Assembly (NCBI RefSeq): GCF_020745735.1
Contig: NC_083432.1
Span: 32,016,533 to 32,080,532, forward strand
Length of the DNA stretch: 64,000 bases
Origin: Hemiscyllium ocellatum
Lineage: Eukaryota
Reading direction: 5' to 3'
The notes beneath the pieces are model-generated. The model was not told the origin of the DNA, ran no database searches, and saw only the letters and a list, made by a program, of their open reading frames with translations. Positions 38,545 to 50,584 of the stretch are shown piece by piece. Positions within the stretch are counted from its first letter, which is position 1. Each line of letters begins with the position of its first letter. A program made the position numbers and the translations under genes.

Positions 38545-40660
38545 AATTCCAATGCTATTAGGCAGGAACTGTGGAGCATAAGCTGGGAACAGATATTCTC
38601 AGGGAAATGCATGACAGAAACGTGGAAGTTGTTTCGGGAGCACTTGCTGCAAGTGCTGGATAGGTTTGTCCCACTGAGGCAAGGAAGGGATGGTCAGTTG
38701 AAGGAACCTTGGGTGACAGGAAATATGGAACATCTTGTCAAGAGGAAGAATGAAGCTTACTTAAGGTTGACGATGCAAGGATCAGACAAAGGTTTGCAGA
38801 TTTACCATGTCGCCAGGAAGGAACTGAAGAATGGACTGAGGAGAGCTGGAAGGCAGCATGAAAAGCCTTGGCTGGTAGAATTAGGGAAAACCTTAAGGCA
38901 TTCAACACTTGCGTGAGGAACAAGAAGATGGCCAGAGTGAGGGTAGGCCCAGTCTGGAATAGTGAAGGAAACCTGTGCCTGGAGTGGGAGCAGGTCTGGA
39001 ATATCCTTAATGAATACTTTGCTTCCGTATTCACTACTGAGAGGGATCTTGTCATTTGTGAGCACAATGTGAAACTGTCTGATATGCTTGAACAGGTTGA
39101 CTTTAAAAGGTGGATGCGCTGGAAAGTTTGGAAAATTTTGAGGCTAGATAGGTCCCTGGACCAGACGGTTTATACCCAAGGTTCATTTGGGAAGCGAGGG
39201 AAGAGATTGATGTGCCTTTGGCGATGACCTTTGCAGCTTCACAGTTGTACTAGACGATTGGAGAGTTCCAAATGTTATTCCCTTTTTCAAGAAAGGGACG
39301 AGGGATAACTCTGGGAATTATAAACCAGTTCAGTCTTACATCAGTAGTAAAATTGTTGGAGAGGATTCTGAGAGGCAGGATTTATGATTGCTTGGAAAAG
39401 CATAGTTTGATTAGAGATAGTCAGCGTGGCTTTATGAGGGGCAGGTCATGCTTCACAATCTTTATTGAGGATGTGACAAAACGCATTGATGAAGGTAGAG
39501 TAGTAGATGTGCTCTGTATGGATGTTAGCAAGGCGTTTGATAAGGTTTCCCATGGTAGGCTCATTCAGAAAGTAAGGAGGCATAGGAAACATGGAAATTT
39601 AGCTGTCTGGATACAGAATTGGCTTGCCCATTGAAGACAGAGAATGGTAGTAGATGGAAAGTATTCAGCCAACAGCTTGGTGACCAGTGGTGTTCTGCAG
39701 GGATCTGTTCTGGGACCTCTGTTCTTTGAAAGTTTTATAAATTACTTGGATGAGGAAGTGGAAGTGTGGGCTAGTAAGTTTGCTGTTGACATAAAAGTTG
39801 GTGGAGTTGTGGATAGTGTGGAGGGCTGTTGTAGGTTGCAACAGGACATTGACAGGATGCAGAGCTGAGCTGATAAGTGGTAGATGGAGTTCAAAATGGA
39901 AAAGTGTGAAGTGATTCATTTTGGAAGATCAAATTTGAATGCAGAATACAGGGTTACAGGCAAGATTGTTCGCAGTGTGGAGGAACAGATGGATCTTGGG
40001 GTCCATGTCCATAGATCCCTTGAAGTTGCCATCCAAGATGCGAGGGTTGTTAAGAAGATGCATGGTGTGTTGGCTTTCATGAGCAGGGGGATTTAGTTTA
40101 AGAGCTGTGAGTTTATGCTGCAGCTCTATAGAGCCCTAGTTAGATCACATTTGGAATATTGTGTCCACTTCTGGTCACCTCATTATAGGAAGAATGTGAA
40201 AGCTTTAGAGTGGATGCAGAGGAGATTTACCTGGATGCTGTCTGAAATGGAGGGCATGTCTTATGAAGAAAGGTGAAGAGAGCTAGGGCTTTTCTCATTG
40301 GAGTGAAGAAGGATGAGAGGTGACTTGACAGAGCTGTACAAGATGATGAGAGGCATAGATAGAGTGAAGAGTCAGCCTCTTTTTTCCCAGGGCAGAAATA
40401 GCTATCACAAGGGGGCATAATTTTAAAGTGATTGGTGGAAGGTTTAGGGATATGTCAGAGGTTGGTCCTTTACATAGAGAGAGGTGGGCTTGTGGAATGC
40501 ACTGCCAGCAGCGATAGTAGAATCAGATACATTAGGGGCATTTAAGTGACTTATGGATAGGTAAATGAAGGGTATATAGGTTAGTTTGATCTTAGAGTAG
40601 GACAAAAGGTCAGTACATCAAGGGCCAAAGAGCCTGTACTTTACTGGATTGTTCTATGCT
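38545..40660 (+). mobile_element. CR1-type LINE, 5'-truncated, degenerate
   Basis: RT fragments MDVSKAFDKVSHGRL, SGVLQGSVLGPL, KCEVIHFG. 3' tail gggccaaagagcctgtact...ttctatg. Confidence 0.9.
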
Positions 40661-40844
40661 CGATTCAGTTCCCATTCCTGGTCACCCTGCAGCCAAGTCT
40701 CCATAATCCAAATTATATCGTACCACTTTACATCTATCTGCAGAATTATTTCATCCACTATATTGCAAATGCTCTGAACATTTCTTCAATGCACTTTTCC
40801 TCTACAATATATAGATCCCTAAATGTGGTTAACCATTGGTTGAT

Positions 40845-41166
40845 TTGGTGGCCAGTAAAGTTACCTCATAGTGCCAGAGACCCGGGCTTGATTCTAGCCT
40901 CGGGCAAAAGTCTGTATGGAGTTTGCACTTTCTCCACTGTCTAATTGGGTTTCCTCCAGGTATTCTGGTTTCCTCGCAATCCAAAGATATGTAGGTTACA
41001 TGAATTGGCCGTGCTAAACTGCCCATACTGTTTCGGGATGTGTAGTTAGTTGCATTAGTCGGGGTAGATATAGGTTAGGATAATGGGTCTGGGTGGGTTA
41101 CTCTTCAGAGGGTCTGTGTGGACTTGTTGGGCCAAATGGCCTGTTTCCACACTGTCGGAACTTCTG
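40845..41166 (+). mobile_element. HE1-type SINE
   Basis: Diverged SINE core about 300 bp upstream of the RETSAT-like ATG. Confidence 0.82.
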
Positions 41167-41476
41167 AATAAAGAAGTGGCAGCATTGAGACCTTGTTTAT
41201 TAGAATTGTTGATGATAATGTTATTGATTTTGTCAACAAAACACTAGTTGTTTTCAAGTCATGCTTTGATGTTATAGCCTTTGGCAGGGAAGGAATGACA
41301 TTAAAATGATCTAAAAAGATTTCTTTATTTTAAATTTTATTTACAGATTGCAAAAAATGTGCATGAGATTCTGCTTTCACTCTATGTCCTTATCTCGCTT
41401 CAGCTGGCCCTTGCTCATTATGTATGTTTGACTTTGACTCCTTGCTGTTTTGCTGTCAACATTTAGTTCAATCAGC

Positions 41477-41633
41477 ATGTTGCTGTTTCTGTTTCTCGTG
41501 TTTCTTTTACTTCTAGTTATTTCAGTCTATTTGTTTCTCACTACAAGTGCAAATCCTTTCGCTGTTGATGTCAGAAAACCCCCTCAACCTTTGGTAGTGG
41601 ACAGAGCTGCCAGGAACAAAATCCTTAAGCAAG
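41477..41633 (+). CDS. RETSAT: All-trans-retinol 13,14-reductase (retinol saturase)-like, coding exon 1
   Basis: MLLFLFLVFLLLLVISVYLFLTTSANPFAVDVRKPPQPLVVDRAARNKILKQ(G): hydrophobic signal/anchor plus the NPF..DV..PP.PLV.D..AR.K.LKQ motif of RETSAT. Donor AAG|GTACGT, phase 1. Confidence 0.9.
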
Positions 41634-42391
41634 GTACGTCATTTAACTTTGATTAGTATCTTCCATATCCACAAGACCATGTAGGTTCATGACACAGAGT
41701 ACAGAGCCTGAACAAAAATAATTTTGTGTTATAATTGTGGTCAAACTAAGACTGTATAACCTTTAAGAACATTAGGTAATTGATGGTTAAAACTATTTGG
41801 CTGATTGATTTGTTTCTCAATAGTTTTACTAACTTTGACTGATAAATATATGGAATACAAAGCTGGCTGTAACACACTAACAAGCGTAGACAGAATTTAA
41901 CTACTTTCAATTCTCATTGACAAATATAGGTCACAATAATGTGAGAAGTGGCCATTACATTCTTGTTTCAGCTGTCTTTATGCTTCAGTTGTGACATGCA
42001 TTGCCTGCTGTAGAACTGAGTCTAACTCGCTCTGAAACCGGGGAGTCCAGGGTTTGGGATTGGGATTGAGGCCTCAGACCTAATTCATTGATGGAATGTG
42101 AGTGTCTTTGGTGAGGTCAGCCCATTCCTAATTGCCCAAAGGGCAGCTAAGAGTCAACTGTGAATCTGCAGTCACATGGAAGCTAGACTATTTAAGGGCA
42201 AAAGATTCCTTCCTTAAGGGACACAAGTAAACCAGATGGGTTTTTTCTTGACAATCAACAGTGGTTTCACAATCATCATTAAAGACTTATTCAAGATTTC
42301 TTCTAATTGAATTACAAATTCCGCTACGTGTCATGGCAGGATTTGAACCTGGGTCTCCAGGACATTACCTGAGGCTCTTTTCAACTTCAAT

Positions 42392-42722
42392 TTAGAATCC
42401 CTACAGTGCAGAAACAGGCCATTCAGCTCAACAAGTCCATACCAACCCTCCGAAGAGCAACCCACCCAGACCAGTTCCCCTACTGCATTACTCCACATTT
42501 ACCCCTGATTAATGCACCTAACCTATACTTCCCTGAACACTATGGGCAATTTAGCATGGCCAATTCACCTAACTTCTACATCTTTGGATTGTGGGAGGAA
42601 ACCCACACAGACACAGGGAGAATGTGCAAACTCCACACAGACAGACGCCCTAGGTGGCAATTGAACCCGGGTCCCTGGCACTGTGAGGCAGCAGTGCTAA
42701 CCACTGAGTCAACCTGCCGCCC
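42392..42722 (-). mobile_element. HE1-type SINE
   Basis: Antisense consensus ending ...gtgctaaccactgag..ctgccgccc. Confidence 0.87.
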
Positions 42723-44111
42723 ATGAATGGAAGGAATGCTACCACATTAATATTTAAGTAAACTTGCAATCGTTCTTTTGCCTTTGACTACAACTGCCAG
42801 TAATGTAAAGGCAGGCAGCAGTAAAAGTTGGAGACATGTCTCTGTTAGTTAGTGATGAAATTAGTAAAATGAATAGAGATGACCTAAATTCCACTATCTG
42901 CCATGGCAGGATTTGAACCTGGGTCTCCAGAATCTTATCTAAGTCTCTAGGTTAATAATACCACTAGGCTGCCACCTCCCTGATTAGGGGCCATTGATTA
43001 GAATGAACAATTCTGAGAAGAGAGAAAATGGGTCAACCTGGTGTTGAAAACTGTCAAGTGTGGTCTCGATGGAAAGACTGATATATCTACAGTGCTCACT
43101 AACTGAAGAATGTGTAAAGCTAGATAAGGAGGCTCATTTAATGAAGAACCAAGAGGATTAGGAATCATGTGCAAGGTCTCCATAATCTCTTTTCCATTAT
43201 AGCCAAGTATAGCATGCTACAATCTCTTATTCTAATTCTCCTACTTGACAAGCTCCAAAAAAATGACTGGAGGATGGCCCGATGGATCGGGACCTCAGCA
43301 ATGGCACATCATCCAGAGGGATTGATACGTCCAATCCAGGTTGTAGCTGTTTATTTTAACTTCTGTTTGCAAAAGTATGGCCTGGGGGTGTGTACCAAGA
43401 GGAAATGATAATTAACTGTGGACATGTCACATTCTCAGGAAGAATATGACATCCTGACTTTGTGCATCCCATCTTGCAGAGACTCCCACGGTCTGCCGTG
43501 GTCTGTGTTTAATTTTCTGTGTTTCCACTGCATTACCCCGCCTCTCTCTTTGCAGTTACAACTCTATGAAATCAAGTCACTGTGAAGTTTCTCTGTGGAC
43601 TGAAAGAAACTGTTCCTTCTTGCACTGACTCTCAGTATATTTGTTGAGTCCTCCTTTCTGCCTTACTTCTGTGAATGTTTTCACTTCTGCTTTAGTTTTC
43701 GTAATGTGACTCATAGATTTCTACCTGTTCCTAACTGTGTACTCTATCTTGAGCCTTTTCCCTACAATTTCTTCAATTTCTGTGCTGTTTTAGCCATTCT
43801 TCAGATCACTGCTTAGGTCTCCCTCCAGGTCTATTGCTAGCCACACCCTGTCACTGCTGAGTTTCACTTTCCCCATCTCTGGGATGGCTATGTGGTTTAT
43901 TGCCCCCATGTTTCACTTGGGTCTTTTTCCACTAGTTCTGTGGATCCAGTTATCATTGCCACTGTATAGCAATCTGAGAGCTACACTCCTGTGAGTGCAT
44001 AATGACAGGCTAGATTGAACATTACTCAATACAGAGGGGTTCTGCAGACCAAGCATCCACTTCTATGAAGTCACTATATGGCATAGCTCAGTAAGTATAC
44101 CCTGAATGAAA

Positions 44112-44456
44112 ATGGAATCACTGCAGTGTGGAAAAGAGCCATTCAGCCCATCATGTCTGCACTCACCCTCCAAAGAGCATCCCACCCAGACCCAACACCC
44201 TACACCCAAAACCCCACATTTACTATGGATAACCCACCAAGTTGCACATCGCTGGCCACCAAGGGGCAATTTAGCATGGCCCTTGCTATCCAACCTGCAC
44301 ACCTTTGAGGTTGGGAAGAAACCAGAGGAGGAAACCCATTCAGACACAAGGAGAATATTGCAAATTCCACTCAGGCATTCACTCAATGTTGGAATCAAAT
44401 CCAGGTCCCTGGCACTGTAAGGCAGCAGAGAAACCTTTGAGACACCATGTCACCCT
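44112..44456 (-). mobile_element. Old HE1-type SINE
   Basis: Paralog of 22150-22482. Confidence 0.8.
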
Positions 44457-44473
44457 AGAAACTAAGTACCAGG

Positions 44474-44610
44474 TCCTGATGAAGGACTTTTGTCCAAAAC
44501 ATTGATTTTCCTGCTCCTCGGATGCTGCCTGACCTGCTGTGCATTTCCTACACCACTCTAATCTAGACTCTGATTTCCAGCATCTGCAGTCCTCACTTTT
44601 GCCTGCCTGA
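44474..44610 (+). mobile_element. Solo Penelope terminal repeat
   Basis: cctgatgaaggacttttgtccaaaacattg...ccagcatctgcagtcctcact. Absent from the paralog near 22495. Confidence 0.8.
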
Positions 44611-44784
44611 CAGGTTCTAGGTACAACCTAGGACTTTTAAAACTGACTTCCTGCCCACCGTTAAAATAATTAACACTACTTTGCAATTTTGAAATCAGAC
44701 AAAGGTTAATGTTTATCTTTAGATTTTGGAATTTGACCTGCAGTAAAATTCACATACTGTACTCTCTCATCTCAAGTAGTAACA

Positions 44785-45225
44785 AATTAGATTAGACTTA
44801 CAGTGTGGAAACAGGCCCTTTGGCCCAACAAGCCCACACCGACTCGCCGAAGCGCAACCCACCCATACCCCTACATTTACCCCTTACCTAACACTACGGG
44901 CAATTTAGCTTGACCAATTCACCTGACCCGCACATCTTTGTGACTGTGGGAGGAAACCGGAGCACCCGGAGGAAACCCACGCAGACACGGGGAGAACGTG
45001 CAAACTCCACACAGTCAGTCGCTTGAGTCGGGAATTGAACCCGGGTCTACAGGCGCTGTGAGGCAGCAGTGCTAACCACTGTGCCACCGTGCCGCCCACA
45101 AACGATAACTCACCCAGACCCAATCCCCAACCCTATATTTACTCCTGACTAATGCACATCCCTGAACACTATGGACCATTTAGCATGGCCAATCCACCCT
45201 AACCTGCCCATCTTTGGATTGTGGA
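44785..45225 (-). mobile_element. Young HE1-type SINE (44785-45097) plus an older partial SINE (45105-45225)
   Basis: Near-consensus copy with CpGs intact and an (attag)n tail. Confidence 0.88.
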
Positions 45226-45864
45226 ATCCTTAATTAAAATTATGTTTCCTGATCCAGTCCTTTTTACCTATAAGATCATTCTGATTTATGTTAAAAATTC
45301 CATATGGCATTTATAAATTATTGAATTACAAAAGGAACTATGTCCCAATTTTCTCTCTTTATTTCCTGAAGATTTCCTATTGCTGTATAGCAGCAAGTCC
45401 AGAGATATGTATTTCTGCTTTGGATTGAAAGAGGTGGAGAAATGCTCTCAATCATGTTCCTCAATTCACGGACCCTAAGAGGGTTCAATTAGATCCTGAG
45501 ACCAATTGGAATTGTGGCTGAGTGATACTGTTATGAACTAGAAATCTATCAGTCTGAACCAATGTTCCAGTATTGAGTTCAATTATTAAACTCCAATTAT
45601 TTTGTAGTATTGTAGAGGTTAATTTTCTTTATAATTCTTTAATCTTCAGATTTTTTTCCTTGAAATGTGACTATTACTGCCAGCATTGACTGTCCATCCC
45701 TAATTGCCCTGGAGAAAGAGCTGGTTAGTCTGTGGAAAGCTGCCAGTTCAATGAAGTGCTCCAGCGGCAATTAATTAATAATATCGGAATTGAACAAGGC
45801 AGTGGCATATTTGTACAGTCATTGCGTTAGTAATCCAGAGAGACAGTCTAATGCCCTGGACACA

Positions 45865-46210
45865 AAGGACTGCGAATGCTGGAAATCTGCAGCTAAAACA
45901 GAAGTTGCTGGAGAAACTCAGCAGGTCTGGCAGAATCTGAAGAGAGAGAGGGCAGAGTTAACGTCTTGTGTCCAGTGACCTTTCTTCGGAAATAGGATAG
46001 GATCTGTATATAAATGCCGAAGGAGGGATGTATAAAGTTGGGAAGGAGTGAGCAAATAGGTAGAGACGGAGCCCAGAGAGAGTCAAAGATAGGCAGACAA
46101 AGGGGTAGATAATGATAAACCAGGGAGGAAGAGAAGCTGACAATGGAGACCATAAGTAGGTGAAAATGAGTTGGCTGTGCTGAAAGCATCCCATGTCATG
46201 ACAGGGCCAG
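45865..46210 (-). mobile_element. Penelope-like terminal fragment
   Basis: gctggagaaactcagcaggtctggcag...gcagagttaacgt..cttcttc. Related remnants at 7695-7790, 23210-23293 and 34457-34552. Confidence 0.65.
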
Positions 46211-47381
46211 TGGTTGTGTATGGGGGGCAGGGGGTAGGGTTTGGGGTTGGGTAAATGACAATTTATTGGGCATGGGAGTTCAAATCCCACTGAGGCAAAT
46301 GGTGAAATTTACACTCAATACAAGTCTGGAATTAAAAAGCCAGCCTGATGGAGATCACCGTTGATGGCCATTAAAAACCCATCCGATTCACGAATGGCCT
46401 GTCGGGTGGAAAATTTGTCAACCTAATCTGGTCTGGCCTACAGTAATTGTGGTCAAATCTTAACTGTACTCTGTGCAATGAGGAATGGGCAATAAACATT
46501 TACACAACCAACAACACCAACATCCCAAGATCAAATTTAAAGAAGCATAAACTACTATAGGACTGTCTTTAAAATTCAATTTTTAAAATATAAATCACAT
46601 TGGAACATTCCCACCCTTCCTTGTTCAATACATCTGTGACTCCATACCCACAGCAAAGTGATCGCCGTCTGTTATGGTTCAGATAATATTCAGATATATC
46701 AGGAAAGTCCTGCTACAGGAAAGTCCAACACTGTGGCTAGACCTACATTAGTTGGACTGCAGCTATTCAGAAAGATAACTCACCATCACCTTCCCAGGGA
46801 ACTTGGGATGAGCGGGAAATGCTGGTCTTGCCAGCAATGGTCACATCTCGGGAAAAAAATCTAAAACCTGAAGGAACTAAAAAGAAATAAATGTCGACAA
46901 TCCAAAAAAAAATCTGGAGTTCAGAAGCGCAGATTGATTTTCAAAGGTCTATGGGGGATTTGGATATGACATTGTCACCCATTGAACTATTGGACAAATC
47001 TGCATCTTTATATACTTGTTATTAATTGGCAAAAATATCAAAACTTTTAAGGTCTTCTCAGTATCATTAAGGAAATTCTTAGTGCTGAATTGCTCATGAA
47101 AGAAGATCTCCTGAAGGTAAAGCTGATATATGATACTGAAACATCAGCAAGCTTCAAACATAATATAAATTACTTTGTGTTTAATTAAAAACCAATTTGC
47201 TGGGGTCCTGCTGAGGAACTCAAAGCCATATATCTCCTGGCTGTGACAGAGTTCATGCTAAATACATCTAATATTCAACTAATCTGTTTTTTGCGACTGC
47301 ATCTGAATTAAATGCATCTGTTTACTCAGCAGAATGCTGCCATTGGAAAATTCCATTAAATGGTTAGAAATGGCATCTCTC

Positions 47382-49090
47382 GCGGGAGATCCAAGATGGC
47401 GGTGACTCAGCAAGTCTGAGTTTACAGAGCTCTTCCCAAAACCTGGGTAAAGTGAGTTACTCACCCCCACCACACTTACCAAACCACCCAAAAAAATTTT
47501 CTAACCTTAATTAGCTGCTTACTATTATATTTAAGCAGTTTAATATTAAGTGGATAATGAGTAAACCAAAGGGATCCCGCAGCTCTCAGAAAACAAAGAC
47601 CCCTCCCCCACCCTCCTCTCCTCCTCCGGCTGCAGCTGATGTAAAAACAGGCCTTGAAGAGATGATTGCCAGGCTGGAAACGACACTCGTCAATTTCATC
47701 GCAGAATCCAGACAGAGATGGAACTCATTCGAAGAAAAGCTACAAAAGCACAGCCAGGCTATTGAGGAGCTACAGGGCCGAGTGAAGGGGGCGGAGCTAA
47801 AGGCCACGACCTCCGAGGCTGCAGCACAAACAGTTGCAGAACAGGTGCGAGCTCTGGAGCAGAGAGTCCGGGCCTTTGAAATCTACATGGATGACCTGGA
47901 TAATAGAAATCGGAGAAAGAATATCCGTCTTCTGGGCCTCCCTGAACAAGAAGAGAAGGGACAGTTAGCAGTATTTCTGGAGCGATGGCTGCCCCAGCTT
48001 TTAAACCTGGGGGCTGAAACTGACCGGGTAAGGGTGGAGTGGGCCTACCGGGTCGCAGCACGCGGATCTGGCCCAAACCAGCGCCCACGCCCGGTCCTGT
48101 TCCGGCTGCAGAGTTATAGGGAGAGGCAGATACTCCTGGATGCCTCCAGAAATCTTGGAAAGGATCCTAAAGCCATGATCCATGAAGGATCCAAGATTAT
48201 GTTATTTCAGGACTTCTCCCCGGCTTTGGCACGAAGGAGGAAGGCGTTTGATGAGGTGAAGAAATGTCTAAGGAACTTAAATATTCAATACACCTTACGC
48301 TACCCAGCGACGTTATGCTTTAACCACGAAGGATCCGAGTATAATTTTAGATCACCAGAAGAGGCTAAGGAACTTTTAGACTCGTTTAAATAAATCGTAA
48401 GAGACAATTTATGTTGGCTTGCCTCTTCCACACTCCATGGGGAGAAGTGGATACTTTACTCTACTTTACTTTTGCTTCTGGGAGCAGGGTTGTCTTCCCT
48501 TGCTATTTTATGTTATTACACTTAACTGTAATTTGTTGGAGTTGTAATTTTATAGTTATGTGTGTTTGTACGTGGCATTGATGCTATCAGATATACTCAG
48601 GTATGGGTGGGGAGGGGTGGGGGTGGGGCGCTCACTGTTAACTCTAGCTCGGTATTATATCTAAATCCTATTAAGGAGCGCCCGGGTCAAGGGTGGGACA
48701 CTGTTTGGGAGAGGATATGGTGGACCTTTAGAAAGGAAGTAAGGCCCCCTGAGAACAAGGGGGAGGATCTCCATTCAAACATTTTTTTTTGTTCTTATTG
48801 TTTGGAAATAGTTTCCTTTTTATTATACAGTTATGAGTGTATTAGAGAACATTTTCTCTTGTTTGAAGGATGTAAGTGACTCAACTATACACTCTGGATA
48901 ATTGTGGATTAGATTAGTAGTTAACTGAGTTTCATTGTTTTTCTTTCTTCTTTAGTATCATTCCTTTGAATTTTGATGATTATATATTTAAGATCTATTT
49001 TTATATTAATGTTTGTGCTTGAAAGTTCTGTTTATTTTTGTAAATCTGTCAAAATATTAAATTTCTAATAAAAATATCTTTAAAAAAAAA
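47382..49090 (+). mobile_element. ORF1-only L1-derived retroelement (HAL1/half-L1-like), complete, with TSD
   Basis: 16-bp TSD agaaatggcatctctc (47366-47381 / 49090-49105). 5' end gcgggagatcCAAGATGGCG (YY1-like). Intact ORF1, AATAAA at 49067-49072 and a short poly(A) at 49082-49090. No ORF2. Confidence 0.88.
47557..48393 (+). CDS. L1 ORF1p (coiled coil + RRM + CTD; Transposase_22 family)
   Basis: 278 aa uninterrupted. Heptad region followed by DLDNRNRRKNIRLLGLPE, RPRPVLFRL, FQDFSPALARRR and YPATL motifs. Confidence 0.9.
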   Translation: MSKPKGSRSSQKTKTPPPPSSPPPAAADVKTGLEEMIARLETTLVNFIAESRQRWNSFEEKLQKHSQAIEELQGRVKGAELKATTSEAAAQTVAEQVRALEQRVRAFEIYMDDLDNRNRRKNIRLLGLPEQEEKGQLAVFLERWLPQLLNLGAETDRVRVEWAYRVAARGSGPNQRPRPVLFRLQSYRERQILLDASRNLGKDPKAMIHEGSKIMLFQDFSPALARRRKAFDEVKKCLRNLNIQYTLRYPATLCFNHEGSEYNFRSPEEAKELLDSFK

Positions 49091-49219
49091 GAAATGGCAT
49101 CTCTCAACTTAGAAATCTTCAGGAAGGGCCTGTACATTTGCTTGTTTTAATCCAATATAAAATGTGTGCAGCAAATATTGTCACAAGTACTACAGCAGTA
49201 CCTTTGCCTGTCTTTCCAG

Positions 49220-49402
49220 GTTTTTCCACAGGCAAAGTGCCCGATCATCTTGATGCCATTGTGATTGGCAGTGGAATTGGAGGACTGACAGTGGCTGCAG
49301 TTCTGGCCAAAGCAGGCAAGCGTGTTCTAGTGTTGGAGCAACATGACCAGGCTGGAGGCTGTTGTCATACCTTCAGTGAAAAAGGATTTGAGTTTGATGT
49401 TG
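49220..49402 (+). CDS. RETSAT: RETSAT-like coding exon 2 (FAD-binding Rossmann motif)
   Basis: ttccag|GT...G|gtaaga. Encodes [60 protein letters not shown], with the GxGxxG and GG motifs. Phase 1-1, which joins exons 1 and 3 in frame. Confidence 0.93.
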
Positions 49403-49479
49403 GTAAGACATTTCTAAAATAGTGTATTCTCTGAATCCAATGTGGTAGAGTCAACACAGTCCCAGAGGGCCACTCTCAC

Positions 49480-49481
<2 letters not shown>

Positions 49482-49511
<30 letters not shown>
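49482..49511. repeat. (GA)n microsatellite
   Basis: Direct reading. Confidence 0.9.
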
Positions 49512-49513
<2 letters not shown>

Positions 49514-49790
49514 ACTGTTGGTGGTTTAAGTTGACCTTTTACCATGCCCCAGGTAAAGGTCAATGTTAAGAAGGCAAGGCCTTCAGTGTGATCTCAACCA
49601 GTGCTATTGGTGTTACCCAGCCACGCAACCAACTGAGCGAACTGACCTGCTATCTCTGGTAACTTCATGATCTTTCATTATAGTCATGGAATTAGATGAG
49701 CTCTTAATAACGTAAGCTAATTCCTTATGAAAATAGTTTAGACACACTACCTCTTGACCTCCATCCATTGTTACCTTGTTTCATTCAGTT

Positions 49791-49980
49791 AAAGTCAAAT
49801 ATCTCATGACACCGGGTTATAGTCCAACAGATTTATTTGAAACCATAAGTTTTCAGAGCATGAGGAAGGAGGTGGAGCTCCAAAAGTTTGTGGTTTCAAA
49901 TGAACCAGTTGGACTACAACCTGGTGTCATGTGATTTTTGGCTTTGTCCCACCCCAGTCCAAAAACAACACAGCCACATC
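49791..49980. mobile_element. Fold-back Penelope-derived element (third family)
   Basis: Inverted arms 49791-49859 / 49877-49945, related to the 11159-11230 terminus (acaccaggttatagtccaacag). Confidence 0.78.
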
Positions 49981-50095
49981 ATTTACTTGAAGATTAACCT
50001 CCGTCCTTTCAATGAATCAGTTATCTTCTTTGATCTGATTGTTAATCTTATTCCTATTGTGTGAAGCAGCAATGACTAAGAATAAGTTCTTATAA

Positions 50096-50402
50096 TTAGA
50101 TTCTCTATAGTGTGGGAACAGGCCCTTCGGCCCAATGAGTCCACACTGACCTGCCAAAGCGCAACCCACACATACCCCTACATTTACCCCTTACCTAACA
50201 CTATGGGCAACTTAGCATGGCCAATTCACCTGACCTGCACATCTTTGGACTGTGGGAGGAAACCGGAGCACCCGGAGGAAACCCACACAGACACAGGGCG
50301 AACGTTCAAACTCCACACAGTCAGTTGCCTGAGGCGGGAATTGAACCCAGTTCTCTGGCGCTGTGAGGCAACAGTGCTAACCACTGTGCCACCATGCCAC
50401 CC
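50096..50402 (-). mobile_element. HE1-type SINE
   Basis: Antisense consensus. Confidence 0.88.
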
Positions 50403-50584
50403 ACAACGTACTAAAGCATTCCACAGACTGCACAATAAAAGGAGCAGACAAGAAGTAGAAGGGAAAGAAAAGATTGCGAACATCATTGAGAAGATTGCTG
50501 CTGAGGCCATTTTAATAGGATGGGCAAGTGCTTCAGTAAAATGTTCAGAAGAGCACTGTCATGATACTATGGCTTTAAGATGTG

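Larger units (their letters stand above)
37010..45646 (+). repeat. Segmental duplication, old layer, copy 2 (contains the intact RETSAT-like exon 1)
   Basis: Homologous to 10250-23093. The last shared motif is ttttctttataattct(c/t)taatctt. Confidence 0.92.

Noticed and set aside
48562-48879. Possible ORF2 of the L1-like element
   Set aside because: GTG start and no APE endonuclease or RT motifs.
49138-49219. N-terminal part of ORF 49138-49422 as coding
   Set aside because: Intronic. Homology starts at the AG acceptor (49218-49219) and the phase matches exon 1.
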